DNA of 64,000 nt, taken from Gammaproteobacteria bacterium (GTDB lineage Bacteria; Pseudomonadota; Gammaproteobacteria; JABABF01). Both the position numbers and the translations under genes were made by a program. A model generated the notes under the pieces. It saw only the letters and a program-made list of their open reading frames with translations. It did not search any database and was not told the DNA's origin. Where the stretch lies: NCBI GenBank assembly GCA_965237805.1, contig OZ250153.1, forward strand, positions 896,001-960,000, read 5' to 3'. This document shows positions 41,394 through 51,762 of this stretch, one piece after another (position 1 is the first letter of the stretch; every line of letters starts with the position of its first letter).

Positions 41394-41518
41394 GCGACAG
41401 GTATATGCGGCATAGGTCTAGGGTTAGACGCCGCATCACATCCATTCGGCCTATTGCTATATTAAAGCTTAGCGCAACCATGGCGTAGACGCTGACTCCG
41501 AGACGAGCAGCATAGGCG

Positions 41519-42076
41519 ATGTTGGATCTGACACACCAATTGCTGGTCGCCGCCCCGTCGATGCCCGACTCCAATTTTTCCCGCACTGTCACCTACGTAC
41601 TCGAGCACAACAAGGACGGTGCCGTCGGCTTGATCATCAACCAGCTGAGTCCACGCTGTCTGCGGCATCTGTTCGCGCATGTTGACATCGAATGCCGAGA
41701 CGAGCGCATTGCCGCGCGCCACTATCAGATCGGCGGGCCAGTTGGCTTGGAGCAGGGATTCATCCTATTTCACCCCTACAGCGGCCAGCCCGACACCATG
41801 CAAATCGACGCCGATATCGGACTCAGCTGCTCACACCAAATGCTCAACGCCATCGCACAGGGCGGGGGGCCCCAAGAGACTCTGATCATGCTCGGCTATG
41901 CCGGTTGGCAAGCGGGTCAGTTGGAGTATGAATTTGCTGCCAACGGCTGGCTCAACTGCCAAGCGAGCCAAGATCTGCTGTTCGAGTTGCCGCTGGAGCA
42001 GCGTTGGGAGACGGCCTTGGAACGGGCTGGCGTGCCATCGCCACTCAACTTTGATGCCCAAACTGGCCACGCCTAG
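41519..42076 (+). CDS. yqgE: YqgE/AlgH family protein
   Basis: LLVAAPSMPDSNF, GAVGLIIN, GGPV, LGYAGWQAGQLE, NGWL, GHA C-terminus. Confidence 0.93.
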   Translation: MLDLTHQLLVAAPSMPDSNFSRTVTYVLEHNKDGAVGLIINQLSPRCLRHLFAHVDIECRDERIAARHYQIGGPVGLEQGFILFHPYSGQPDTMQIDADIGLSCSHQMLNAIAQGGGPQETLIMLGYAGWQAGQLEYEFAANGWLNCQASQDLLFELPLEQRWETALERAGVPSPLNFDAQTGHA

Positions 42077-42109
42077 CTGCGACAGCGCACCCAGTAGCTC
42101 CCGGTCGCC

Positions 42110-43402
42110 TCAGCCGCGCCCCAATGCCCGGTAGTCCAGCCCGGCAGCGCACATAGCGGCTTCGTCGAACAGGCGCACGGCATCGTAGACCACGCGCGGC
42201 GGGGCCATTGCCTCAGACAACGCCCGTAGCTCGATCGTGGTGAATTCAGGGTTGGCGTTCAACACCAGCAACATATCGGCACCGCGGGCGGCGACGATCG
42301 CGTCGTCATAGCGCACCACCCCCAACGGCAAGGCGCTGTTCTGGGCTGTGGGATCGCAGACACGCACCGATAGCCCGGCTTCAGCCAAGGCGCGAACCAC
42401 CAGCAGAGCCGGGCTGTGGCGCAGGTCGTCAGTGCCCGCTTTAAAACTGAGCCCCCACACCGCCACCGGGCCGTCGGCCCCAACCTCGTCGCGCAACTGG
42501 CACAAGCTGCGGGGCAACTGCTCAATGCGGCGTTCATTGGAATTGACGATCGCCTCGATGGCGGTTGCATCGAGACCCGCCTCTCTACTGGCCTCACTCA
42601 GTATGCGGCCATCTTTAGGCAAGCAGCTGCCACCAAAGCCGGGACCAGCTTGCAGATAATCAGGCCCAATGCGTGCATCCATGCCAGCAATCTTGGACAC
42701 CTCGTCGATGTCGCCCGTGACCGCGTCACATAGCGCGGCCACCTCATTGATGACGCTGATGCGGGCGGCGAGTAGCAGATTGGAAGCCAATTTGGACAAC
42801 TCGGCGCTGGCTGTGCGGCAAAACAGCATCGGCGACTCTTGGCCGACGGCTCGGTTGCGCTTGAGTAACGGCGCGTAGACATCGTGCAGGTGCTGCCGTG
42901 CCACCTCTTCTTCGGCACCGATGACGATGCGGGAGGGTCGGCGACAGTCCTCCAACGCGTGCCCTTGGCGCAAGAATTCAGGGCAACAAGCCACATAGAG
43001 CGTTTTGTCCAGCTGCTCAATCCGTTGTGTCAACCGTGCGCAGGTGCCGGGCGGCACGGTGGATTTAACCACGATCACAGCACCGGGAAGCAGTGTGGCA
43101 GAGGCCTCTTGGACAATCTGCCACAAAGTTTCATCGGCCTCTGTCAGGGTGACAGCGATGCACAGCAGGGCTGCTTCCCGTGACGCTGAAGCGATGTCGC
43201 TGTGCAGCTGCAAGATGCCTTCTTGAAGTGCTGTTTGCAAGGCTTCCCGAACACCGGGCTCCCTGAGCGCCGGCCGACCCTCGGCCAGCGCGGCAAAGCG
43301 CTCCGGGTCAATCTCACAACAGTGCACCTCATGGCGCAACTCGGTCAAGTTCAAAGCATTGCTGAGACCGACATAGCCAGCGCCTATAACCGCGATTCTC
43401 AT
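42110..43402 (-). CDS. ugd: UDP-glucose/GDP-mannose 6-dehydrogenase
   Basis: IGAGYVGL, KSTVPPGT, PEFLRQG, GFGGSCLPKD, GLSFKAGTDDLRHSP. Confidence 0.92.
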   Translation of the reverse strand: MRIAVIGAGYVGLSNALNLTELRHEVHCCEIDPERFAALAEGRPALREPGVREALQTALQEGILQLHSDIASASREAALLCIAVTLTEADETLWQIVQEASATLLPGAVIVVKSTVPPGTCARLTQRIEQLDKTLYVACCPEFLRQGHALEDCRRPSRIVIGAEEEVARQHLHDVYAPLLKRNRAVGQESPMLFCRTASAELSKLASNLLLAARISVINEVAALCDAVTGDIDEVSKIAGMDARIGPDYLQAGPGFGGSCLPKDGRILSEASREAGLDATAIEAIVNSNERRIEQLPRSLCQLRDEVGADGPVAVWGLSFKAGTDDLRHSPALLVVRALAEAGLSVRVCDPTAQNSALPLGVVRYDDAIVAARGADMLLVLNANPEFTTIELRALSEAMAPPRVVYDAVRLFDEAAMCAAGLDYRALGRG

Positions 43403-43416
43403 GGTGGCAAAATGAC

Positions 43417-44517
43417 TCAGCTATCGGATTGGGACAACAACGCCGCATTGCGCCATTCATAGGCTTCGCTGAGCGGGAAGCGCATCCCGATCTCGACGAT
43501 AAAGCGTGTCACGCGCCTCTCATTGTATAGGCAATGTGCGCGCTGTTGCGCGGCGCGAGCCGCCGCCCGCAACGCGTCATCGTGTTGCATATAGTGGCGC
43601 ACCAGTCGGCGCAGCTCGTCGATATCTTTGAAGCGGGGCACTTCCGTTGCCGGGAACAGCCGCTCCAATTGCGGCACTGGTGGCGACAACGCCAACACGC
43701 CGTTGCCAGTCAGCTGGATCAGTCGGTCAGAACTGTAGAGTGGGATCGAATCGGTGATGCTGTTGTAGTTGATGCCGATGCGGCTGGTGCCCAAGGTCTG
43801 TACATAGTGCCGCCCGTACAGCCACTGGCCGTCGGCGTGGCCACCGTAGAGGCCGAGCCGCAACTCGTCTGCCAATGGCCGCAACTGCGCGGCCAGCGCC
43901 CGCTGGCGTGCGGTGCCGCCACTGGCGAAAAACAAGTCCAGCTTGGGTGAGGGGTTCTCGCAGGCGCTCTCGGTCTCTATGCTGGCATCACAGGGGTTAG
44001 GCAGGTAGTGGATACGCTCGGTCGCCCGCGGCGGGTTGCCGAGCAGTTCAGCAGCCGTCGTCGGGTGTGAAGTGGTGAACAGGGCATTTAGCAGCTCCAG
44101 CCGTGATCTCAGCAACTGGATCTTAGGCAGCGTCAGCTGATCCACCCACCACTGGAGCAGTGGCGTCTCGGGGTGGTCTTCTCGCAGCGCCACCAAGGTG
44201 GCAACAGACAGCAGCTCGGTATGGCCGAGTAGGATCAACTGGGGGCGATGGCTGCGCGCCGCCGCCAGCACATGGCGTTGCAACGCTCGCCGGCCCCAGA
44301 CCTTGCTGCCGAAAACCGCTGCGTGGCGAGCCAAGTCGCGGTATGAGAGCTGGTAGACATGGTGGCCGTTGCGCACCAAGCCATTGCTGATTTTGTGATC
44401 GACCGAATAATAGCGCCCCGCCAGCTGGTCTTGGGGTCTGCCGCGGCGTGGCGACAGGCGCATCCGGGGCAATTGGGCGAAATTGGCGATGTGCAAAATG
44501 CGTAGCGACGGGGTCAT
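43417..44517 (-). CDS. Glycosyltransferase (GT-B, CgeB-like)
   Basis: LRILHIANF, KISNGLVRNGH, SRIGINY, LYSSDRL; lies in a polysaccharide cluster. Confidence 0.75.
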   Translation of the reverse strand: MTPSLRILHIANFAQLPRMRLSPRRGRPQDQLAGRYYSVDHKISNGLVRNGHHVYQLSYRDLARHAAVFGSKVWGRRALQRHVLAAARSHRPQLILLGHTELLSVATLVALREDHPETPLLQWWVDQLTLPKIQLLRSRLELLNALFTTSHPTTAAELLGNPPRATERIHYLPNPCDASIETESACENPSPKLDLFFASGGTARQRALAAQLRPLADELRLGLYGGHADGQWLYGRHYVQTLGTSRIGINYNSITDSIPLYSSDRLIQLTGNGVLALSPPVPQLERLFPATEVPRFKDIDELRRLVRHYMQHDDALRAAARAAQQRAHCLYNERRVTRFIVEIGMRFPLSEAYEWRNAALLSQSDS

Positions 44518-44521
44518 CGGC

Positions 44522-45634
44522 CTATGCATCTGTAGCCGTGTCGTCGCGACACCCCAAGACAGCACGGTAGACGGCCAAATTGGCTGCAACCATGGCTGGC
44601 AGGGTGAAGCCACCTGCTATCACCCAGCGGCGATCAGGAGGCGGCAACGCCACCGCACGCGACAGGCAGTCTGCCAGCGCCGCTACATCGCCCGGCGGAA
44701 ACAGCAAGCCGTTGACGCCATGCTTGATGAGGTCGAGCACACCGCCGTGGGCGGATGCCACCACCGGACGCTCCATGGCCAGCGCCTCGGCGACGACGCG
44801 CCCAAAAGCCTCAGGTTTGCGCGATGGCAGCACAACAACATCCGCCAGTGCATAGTAGGCGCGAATATCGGCTTGATGGCCGAGGAAACGAGTCGCCTCG
44901 GCCACGCCCAGCGCAACGGCGAGACGACGCAGGCGGCGCGTCTCGCGCACACTGCCACGACCGATGAACACGGCACTCCACGCCAGCCCCCGGCTACGCA
45001 CCGCAGCTAGGGCGCGCAACAACAGCTCCTGCGCCTTGGTCGCCGACAGGCGAGCGGCACACAGCGCGATGCGCTCCTCGCGCCCACAACCCAGCGCAGC
45101 GCGCAGCTCCTCCACTCGATGCGGCGCGACTTGACCGGGATCAAAATAGGCACAGTCCACACCGCGCGGTATGACGGTCATCCGCTCGTCGGCCACACCA
45201 TAATGACGCCTTAGGTGTTCGCGCACGGCGTTGCTGGGGCAGATCAGCCGCTGACCGCGGGTCATGATGCGGCTATAGGCATTGACGCGATTGATGCCGT
45301 GCACGGTGGTGACCACTGGCAGTGCGAGGCGGCGATTGGCCCAAGCTACCAGCCAAGCTGGCAGGCGACTGCGCACGTGTAGCAGCTGCGGGAGGAGCTG
45401 ACGCAACACGCATTCCAAAGCCCTTGCGCGCTGCGGGAAGCTGAATGGGTTTTTGCTGGCAACCGGTTGTTGGCAGTGACGGCCACCGTCGGCTTCGATC
45501 CGCTTGACATAGCTGCCACCGCTCGATATGACAATACTCTCGACACCGTGTTTGACCAGCTCGCGATTGAGCTCGACGACGCCGCGCTCGACACCGCCAC
45601 CCTCCAACGCTGGCAACAATTGCACGATGCGCAC
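44522..45634 (-). CDS. Glycosyltransferase family 4
   Basis: QLLPALEGGGVERG, HVRSRLPAW, VTTVHG, PEAFGRVVAEA (E-x7-E). Confidence 0.92.
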   Translation of the reverse strand: MRIVQLLPALEGGGVERGVVELNRELVKHGVESIVISSGGSYVKRIEADGGRHCQQPVASKNPFSFPQRARALECVLRQLLPQLLHVRSRLPAWLVAWANRRLALPVVTTVHGINRVNAYSRIMTRGQRLICPSNAVREHLRRHYGVADERMTVIPRGVDCAYFDPGQVAPHRVEELRAALGCGREERIALCAARLSATKAQELLLRALAAVRSRGLAWSAVFIGRGSVRETRRLRRLAVALGVAEATRFLGHQADIRAYYALADVVVLPSRKPEAFGRVVAEALAMERPVVASAHGGVLDLIKHGVNGLLFPPGDVAALADCLSRAVALPPPDRRWVIAGGFTLPAMVAANLAVYRAVLGCRDDTATDA

Positions 45635-45868
45635 GACGATCAGCCGCACATAGACGGAGGCGGCGCACGCCACCAGAGCGAGCACCCGACCATAGTGCGC
45701 CGCGACAGGCGGCAACAGGAGACAGAAATGCCCACCATCACCCCATTGTATGCGGGGCACTCAGCGCCACTTAGGCTGCTCGCAGCTGCCATATAATCGC
45801 GTTGCAACATGATGCTGTTCGGGTAGCGCCCACTATGGGCATCGCCAACTGTAGCGCGGGGAAACGAT

Positions 45869-46777
45869 ATGCCCGAAGATGCGCGACCAGCGACGCCCCA
45901 AAACATCCTGCTGTTCAAACTGGGTGCCTTGGGTGATGTGATTCTCAGCATGCCCACCATGCGCCGGATCCGCCTGTATTATCGCACTCCGCAGGCGCGG
46001 ATCACCGTTTTGACCTCGCCGCCTTATGCCGAGCTGTTCCGGCGCTGCCCCTATGTCGACGAGGTCTGGCTCGATCCACGCAAACCCATATGGCGCTTTC
46101 ACCACTTCGTGGCGGTGGCGCGGCAGCTCAAATATGGCGGCTTCGATGCGCTGTATGACCTGCAGGGCAATCGTCACACGCGACGCTATCACCGCTGGGC
46201 TCTGGGCACCCTCCCCTATTGCCACAACCCCACCGAGCGCGAGCTGCCGCTACCCCAACCACCCCCGGCATCAATCGACCTATCGCCGTGGATCGCCGAC
46301 GATGTGCAGACCATTTTGCACCGCCATCGGATCGGCGACGGCTTCGTGCTATTGATACCCGGCAGCTCGGCACGCAACGCGCACAAGCGGTGGCCGTTTT
46401 TCGATTCGCTCGCGAAACGCCTGCGGGCAGATGGATGGCAGCTCGTCACGGCACCAGGGCCGGATGACATCGCATGCTGCCGAGCGTTGCCCGCCACGAT
46501 GTTGCTGGACGGTGGGCACCCGCTCAGCCTCTTCCAATTGGCCGGGCTGTGCGCACACGCAAGCCTAGTAGTCGGCAATGACACCGGCCCCACGCATCTC
46601 GCCGTCCACTGCGGTGCTGCAAGCGTGGTGTTGTACGGTGTGCCGGGCATGGCCGAACGCATCGGCACCGCGCAGCACAGTGCTGCCATCGAGGCGGTGG
46701 GCATCAAGTCGATATCACCCGCCGAAGTCCACCGTGCCGCCAGCCGTGCGCTCTCTTCCTACCCAGAACCGGCGTAG
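45869..46777 (+). CDS. Glycosyltransferase family 9 (heptosyltransferase-like)
   Basis: KLGALGDVIL, YDLQ, PGSS...KRWP, VGNDTGPTHLA. Confidence 0.92.
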   Translation: MPEDARPATPQNILLFKLGALGDVILSMPTMRRIRLYYRTPQARITVLTSPPYAELFRRCPYVDEVWLDPRKPIWRFHHFVAVARQLKYGGFDALYDLQGNRHTRRYHRWALGTLPYCHNPTERELPLPQPPPASIDLSPWIADDVQTILHRHRIGDGFVLLIPGSSARNAHKRWPFFDSLAKRLRADGWQLVTAPGPDDIACCRALPATMLLDGGHPLSLFQLAGLCAHASLVVGNDTGPTHLAVHCGAASVVLYGVPGMAERIGTAQHSAAIEAVGIKSISPAEVHRAASRALSSYPEPA

Positions 46778-47157
46778 AGTTTTTCTTCGACGATCGCGGA
46801 GCCGCTGAGGCGGTCAATGTCGCGTTTAAGCGCCGAACGGCGATCGTTGGCAGTGTAGATGGCACGGGCTGTGGCGATGAAAGTCGCGCCAAAATCCCCG
46901 GCTGCATCGCAGCGGCGTATATCGTCTTCGAGCTGCCACAACTCGGCATTGACCACATGCAGTTGCGCGGCCATCTCCCGCAGCGATGCCGAATCGGGCA
47001 AGGCCGCATCGCGCACCGCACACAGCCGCTCCATCTCGCGCCGCACATTGGCCTGTCGACCCGGCTCCGCGATGCGCTCGGATTTGATCCCCAAGATGGT
47101 GATCTTGTCGATCAATTCGCCAGCCCCGACTTCGACCCTAATCGTTTGGCTCATCAT
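46759..47157 (-). CDS. DUF6165-like protein
   Basis: GELIDKITILGIK, VNAELWQLEDDIR, ARAIYTANDRR, IVEEKLY. Confidence 0.85.
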   Translation of the reverse strand: MMSQTIRVEVGAGELIDKITILGIKSERIAEPGRQANVRREMERLCAVRDAALPDSASLREMAAQLHVVNAELWQLEDDIRRCDAAGDFGATFIATARAIYTANDRRSALKRDIDRLSGSAIVEEKLYAGSG

Positions 47158-48060
47158 TCAATCCTGCAAGGAGAGAATTTTCCAAGCGTGTTGCCGCTTG
47201 TAGTACTCAACCGCCCGCTCGCGCACCGCTTTGAAGTCGCCACCCGCCTTGGACGAAGCGTGGGTCGTGCTGGCGACGCGCCCGCTATCGACCTCGCAAC
47301 TCCACAAGGCTGGCTGTTCTGGTGGATGGGGTGGCACCCAAGTCTTGAGCGCGCCGTGTACTTGGGCCATGCAGCTCAGGTGCATGTCTTCTGCATTGCG
47401 ATAGCTATAGGGGGGCTCGCACCACATTAGCTTGGCGTGGCAGCTGCGCATGAACCAGCTGTGACCGACAAAATCCACTTCCGTCGCCACCGGGTGGTGC
47501 TCACCATTCCAGCCGACGTTGCGAAAGCCAAGACGGTAGTAATTTTGGGACGGCAAGATGACACCAGCGCCACCGAGAATGCCGTCATGACCAGCCGCTA
47601 TCATAGCGAGGCAGTTCTCGAACCACCGCGAGCCAGGAAAGATATCGTCATCGATCACAGCAACATATTCTGTCTGCGCCAACACGGCCATGCTGAAACG
47701 ACCAAAAAAAGACCAATTGTGGTTGGAGACGATCAAGCGATCGCACTGATCAGAGAGATCCTGAACCGATGGGGCACCCGGGCAGGCATTGTGCCAAATC
47801 CATATCTGCTGCGGGGGCACACTCTGCCGCCGCAGCGCCTCCAATTGCTGGGGCAGCCAGTGTAGCCGTCGAAATGCCGACAAAATAACCGTGATGCCAG
47901 CAGGATCCAAAGCGTCTCCGCTACTGGTTCTGGCAAAGCGAATCCTGCGCTGCGCCACTTTGAGGGCGCGGCTGCCGTGCCACGCCCGCAGGCGCAACCA
48001 CAGCCCCCTAGGTGAGTAGCGATGGGTTCCGGGAGGACGTTTTTTGAACAGTGCCACCAT
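47158..48060 (-). CDS. Glycosyltransferase, GT-A fold (GT2-like)
   Basis: ITVILSAFRR, FFGRFS, VIDDD (DxD), VDFVGHSWF, EDMHLS. Confidence 0.8.
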   Translation of the reverse strand: MVALFKKRPPGTHRYSPRGLWLRLRAWHGSRALKVAQRRIRFARTSSGDALDPAGITVILSAFRRLHWLPQQLEALRRQSVPPQQIWIWHNACPGAPSVQDLSDQCDRLIVSNHNWSFFGRFSMAVLAQTEYVAVIDDDIFPGSRWFENCLAMIAAGHDGILGGAGVILPSQNYYRLGFRNVGWNGEHHPVATEVDFVGHSWFMRSCHAKLMWCEPPYSYRNAEDMHLSCMAQVHGALKTWVPPHPPEQPALWSCEVDSGRVASTTHASSKAGGDFKAVRERAVEYYKRQHAWKILSLQD

Positions 48061-48081
48061 GCTCCATGCCTCGGCAGGCCT

Positions 48082-49215
48082 TCAATCCCGTAGCGCCTGC
48101 GCGACCAAGGCGGCAATGCGTTCGGCAGCGTGGCCATCACCATAGGGATTGGGCGCGGCCGCCATCGCCCGATATTCTAAGGTGCTGTCCAAGAGTAGCC
48201 CGATGGCAGCACCGATAGCACTGGCATCGGTGCCGATCAGGCGCGCAGCACCGGTATCCAGCACTTCCTGTCGCTCGCTGACAGTGCGCATCACCAGCAC
48301 CGGCTTGTCCAGCGATGGTGCCTCTTCTTGGATACCGCCGCTATCTGTCAGCACCAAATAACAGCCACGCAGCAAATAGATGAAAGTTGGGTAGTCCAGT
48401 GCTGGCAACAGCTTGATATTCGGTTCATCGGCCAGTGCCGCACGCACCGGTTGCTGCACTTGAGGGTTGGCGTGTAGAGGCCAGACCAAGTCCAGCTCCC
48501 GGCGCGAGCGCGCCAAATCGATCAAGCCTTGGCAAATCGCTTGTAGCGTGCTGCCGAAATGCTCGCGGCGGTGGCTGGTCACCACCACAAAGCGCCGTCC
48601 GGTATCGGGGTCATAGCCCGCTGCCCGTAATCCTGCGGCCAAAGTGACGCGCAACGACTCATCCCTATCGAGCCGCCGCACTGTGTCAAGCAGACAATCG
48701 ACAACCGTATTGCCGGTGATGTGCACCGCACCGTCCACCCCCTCTGCGCGCAACTGCTCGGCGTTGGCGGAGGTGGGGGCGAAGTGCAATGTGGCGAGAC
48801 GGGAGAGCAGGATGCGCTGCAACTCCTCCGGCCACGGTGCCTCGCGACTACCGCTACGCAGCCCGGCTTCCACATGCGCCACCGGAATGTGCTCGTAGAA
48901 AGCCGCAAGTGCCGTCGCCAATGCGGTGGTGGTGTCGCCCTGCACCACCACCAGATCTGGTGCGTACTGCCGCAGACTGCGCTGCAGCTGCTCGAGTATG
49001 GCAGCTGCGAGACGCGCCAAACTCAGATCAACAACATCCAGCTCTAAGTCGACCGGCAGCTCCAGCCACCCCAGCATTTGTGCGACGAGCTCCCGGTGCT
49101 GGCCGCTCAGGCAGACGGTGACGCGCAGCCCGTCCAACCGCCGCATGGCGTGTACCAAAGGAGCGAGTTTGACTGCCTCGGGGCGGGTGCCGATAGCGAT
49201 GAAGACATGCTTCAC
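48082..49215 (-). CDS. wecB: UDP-N-acetylglucosamine 2-epimerase (non-hydrolysing)
   Basis: GTRPEAVK, GQHRE, QGDTTT, HVEAGLRS, TDSGGIQEEAPSL, NPYGDG. Confidence 0.96.
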   Translation of the reverse strand: MKHVFIAIGTRPEAVKLAPLVHAMRRLDGLRVTVCLSGQHRELVAQMLGWLELPVDLELDVVDLSLARLAAAILEQLQRSLRQYAPDLVVVQGDTTTALATALAAFYEHIPVAHVEAGLRSGSREAPWPEELQRILLSRLATLHFAPTSANAEQLRAEGVDGAVHITGNTVVDCLLDTVRRLDRDESLRVTLAAGLRAAGYDPDTGRRFVVVTSHRREHFGSTLQAICQGLIDLARSRRELDLVWPLHANPQVQQPVRAALADEPNIKLLPALDYPTFIYLLRGCYLVLTDSGGIQEEAPSLDKPVLVMRTVSERQEVLDTGAARLIGTDASAIGAAIGLLLDSTLEYRAMAAAPNPYGDGHAAERIAALVAQALRD

Positions 49216-49244
49216 ATGAGCTACGCCCGCGCCGAGCACCACAG

Positions 49245-50132
49245 CTAGCTGGGAGGCACGGCGGTGCCATCGACCGCCACCACCCGCATCGACAGATCGA
49301 TGGCTCGGCAGTGTTTGGTCAGTGCGCCGACCGAGATGCTGTCTACCCCGGTGGCGGCGACGGCTCGCAGCTGCTCGACATCAATACCGCCCGAGGCCTC
49401 AAGTCGGATACGCCCACCGCAACACCGCACCGCCTCCGCCAGCTCGGCCAGCGAAAAGTTATCCAGCAAGGCGCAGTCCGCCGCTGCCTCCACCGCTGCG
49501 CACAACTGCTCGGCAGTTTCCACTTCCACCGTCACATCCACTGCGGGGAAGCGCTGCCGTGCTGCACGCACTGCCGTGCCGATCTCATCCAGCACCGCCA
49601 AATGATTCTCTTTGAGCAAAATGCCATCGTAAAGACCGAGGCGGTGGTTGTCGCCGCCACCACAGCGCACGGCGTATTTCTGCGCCAGTCTCAAACCGGG
49701 CAAGGTCTTGCGGGTGTCGAGTAGACGCACGGCCAAGCCCTCGAGTTCCCGCGACAGCCGGTGACAACTCGTGGCCGTGCCGGACAGCAATTGCAGGAAA
49801 TTCAGCGCCGTGCGCTCGGCGCTGAGCAGGGCTCGCGCCGAGCCGCGCACCGTGCCGAGCAACGCTGGTGCCATCAGCACCGTACCATCGTCGTGGTGCC
49901 AGTGGCAATCCACCGTCGCATCCAGTTGGCAGAAAGCCGCCTCGACCCACGGCAAACCGCAAAGCACCATCGGCTCGCGGCTACGTATCTCGGCGCACAG
50001 CTGCCGTTGCGCGGGCACCAGCTCGCTGCTCAAATCACCGCTACCCAGATCCTCCGCCAAGGCCGCGGCCACCGCCTCGGCGATGTCACTGTCAGCTGGC
50101 AGCGCTGAGGCCTGCGATTCAGCACGGCTCAC
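49245..50132 (-). CDS. nadC: Quinolinate phosphoribosyltransferase
   Basis: ERTALNFLQ, DTRKTLPG, NHRLGLYD, LKENH, EVE, LLDN, EASGG. Confidence 0.96.
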   Translation of the reverse strand: MSRAESQASALPADSDIAEAVAAALAEDLGSGDLSSELVPAQRQLCAEIRSREPMVLCGLPWVEAAFCQLDATVDCHWHHDDGTVLMAPALLGTVRGSARALLSAERTALNFLQLLSGTATSCHRLSRELEGLAVRLLDTRKTLPGLRLAQKYAVRCGGGDNHRLGLYDGILLKENHLAVLDEIGTAVRAARQRFPAVDVTVEVETAEQLCAAVEAAADCALLDNFSLAELAEAVRCCGGRIRLEASGGIDVEQLRAVAATGVDSISVGALTKHCRAIDLSMRVVAVDGTAVPPS

Positions 50133-50135
50133 GGT

Positions 50136-50999
50136 TCAGCCACTCTCGGCACCCGCTTTGAGCTGCCCCATCAGCTGCTCCACCGCATCGTCGACCTGCA
50201 GGTGCAAATCCAGCGCCACGCCCCGCTGCGCCAAGGCGTGGCGCAGCAGGCCTAGCACCGGTGGCCGCACATGGCAGCGCGCCAACACCTCGGGCTGTGC
50301 AAATATCTCGCGCGGCGTACCACAGGCAACACAGCAACCGCCAGCGCTCAGCAGGTAGATGGTGTCGGCCAAAGTGGCGACCGTCTCAACATCGTGTATC
50401 GACATGATGATCGTGGTGCCGTGCTCGCGATTCAGCTGTTCGAGCAACACCACCAAATCATGGGTGCACAGCGGATCGATATCGGCGAAGGGCTCGTCCA
50501 GCACCAGCAGATCTGGCTCTAGGGCCAGCGCCCCGGCGATGGCAACTTTGGCTTTGTGGCCACCGCTCAGGTAGTGCGGCACGCGGTCTGCCAAATCTTC
50601 AATGTGCAGCTGCTCAAGCAGTTCGTCGACGCGGCGACGCAGCTGCGCCTCAGCTAACCCAGCGCTGCGCAGCGACAAGCCGATGTCCTCGCGCACAGTG
50701 GGGGCCAAAATCTGCCGTTCAGGGTTTTGTAGAACGGTGCCAATACGACGGCGCAGACGGCGGAAATCGCGCACCGGATGGTGCCCCAACACCTCAATGC
50801 CAGTCTGCTTCGTATTGCCGTAGAGACCGGACAGATGCATCAACAGAGTCGTTTTGCCAGAGCCGTTGCTCCCGAGCAGGGCGACTTTTTCACCCCGGCG
50901 CACCTGCAAATCCAAGTTTTCGAAATAGAGTTCGGTGCCGTCCTCATGACGGAAACGGAAAGCTTGGACGCTGACCGCCAACGGTTCTACTGTCATCAT
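50136..50999 (-). CDS. cbiO: ECF-type Co/Ni transporter ATPase
   Basis: GSNGSGKTT, QNPERQI, LSGG, LVLDEP. Confidence 0.85.
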   Translation of the reverse strand: MMTVEPLAVSVQAFRFRHEDGTELYFENLDLQVRRGEKVALLGSNGSGKTTLLMHLSGLYGNTKQTGIEVLGHHPVRDFRRLRRRIGTVLQNPERQILAPTVREDIGLSLRSAGLAEAQLRRRVDELLEQLHIEDLADRVPHYLSGGHKAKVAIAGALALEPDLLVLDEPFADIDPLCTHDLVVLLEQLNREHGTTIIMSIHDVETVATLADTIYLLSAGGCCVACGTPREIFAQPEVLARCHVRPPVLGLLRHALAQRGVALDLHLQVDDAVEQLMGQLKAGAESG

Positions 51000-51697
51000 C
51001 CGCCTCCACGCCACAACACATTGATCGCCAAGGTGGCCGCCAGCGCTGCAGCGGCCACTGCCACCGCTAGCCAACCGGCCAGCGACGTACCGCGTTGCCG
51101 GGGATTGTAGGCCAGAGCGCCACCATCGACACCGCGCAGGCGCATCACGCTGTACTGCTCCTCGGCCAGATCAAAGCCGCGCACTATGAACAGCGCCATG
51201 GCGGCGGGCAGGTTGCGGCTACCGCGCAGCCGGAGCGCCGTGCGGATATCGTCGAGCAGACTCAGCATTAAGAATAAGGCGCGGTAGCAAAGTAGCAGGC
51301 TCTGGCGCAACAGCGGCGGTAGCCAGCGGCCACCGACAGCAATCAGCTCCGGGTAGGGAGTGGTGGCAATCAGCAACACCGCCACCAATGTGCTGGACAG
51401 GGTGCGCAACAGCAGCAAAACGCTGGTCGTGGCCAACTCCAGCCCACCGCTCCATGTCACCAACAGCACGAACATGGTCGGATAGAGCGAGACCAAGAAC
51501 AGGATCCGCAAAGGGCAGCGGCTGGTGTGCGCCAGCGCCAACAACGCCATGTAGAGCAACAGCACAGGCACCACATGGTCGGCGCTGATGGCGGCGGCCA
51601 ACAGGAACACAGCGGCGAGCAGCTTGTACCCGGTGGGCAGACGGTGCAAGACGCTGTCCCCAACGTACGCAAAGTGGTCGATCAGGGCTAGCTTCAT
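50996..51697 (-). CDS. cbiQ: ECF transporter T component
   Basis: Multi-TM; IATTPY; two LRG motifs (ALRLRG, MRLRG). Confidence 0.8.
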   Translation of the reverse strand: MKLALIDHFAYVGDSVLHRLPTGYKLLAAVFLLAAAISADHVVPVLLLYMALLALAHTSRCPLRILFLVSLYPTMFVLLVTWSGGLELATTSVLLLLRTLSSTLVAVLLIATTPYPELIAVGGRWLPPLLRQSLLLCYRALFLMLSLLDDIRTALRLRGSRNLPAAMALFIVRGFDLAEEQYSVMRLRGVDGGALAYNPRQRGTSLAGWLAVAVAAAALAATLAINVLWRGGG

Positions 51698-51762
51698 ATC
51701 GTTGCCAGCGCACCGCTACGGCACGCTGCCGATTGTGTCTGCGACTCTAGAGACAACCGCAC

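Noticed and set aside
41412-41443. Hairpin ATGCGGC...GTCTA/TAGAC...GCCGCAT after the anti-sigma gene
   Set aside because: Bulged stem with no U-tract; cannot be called a terminator or ncRNA.
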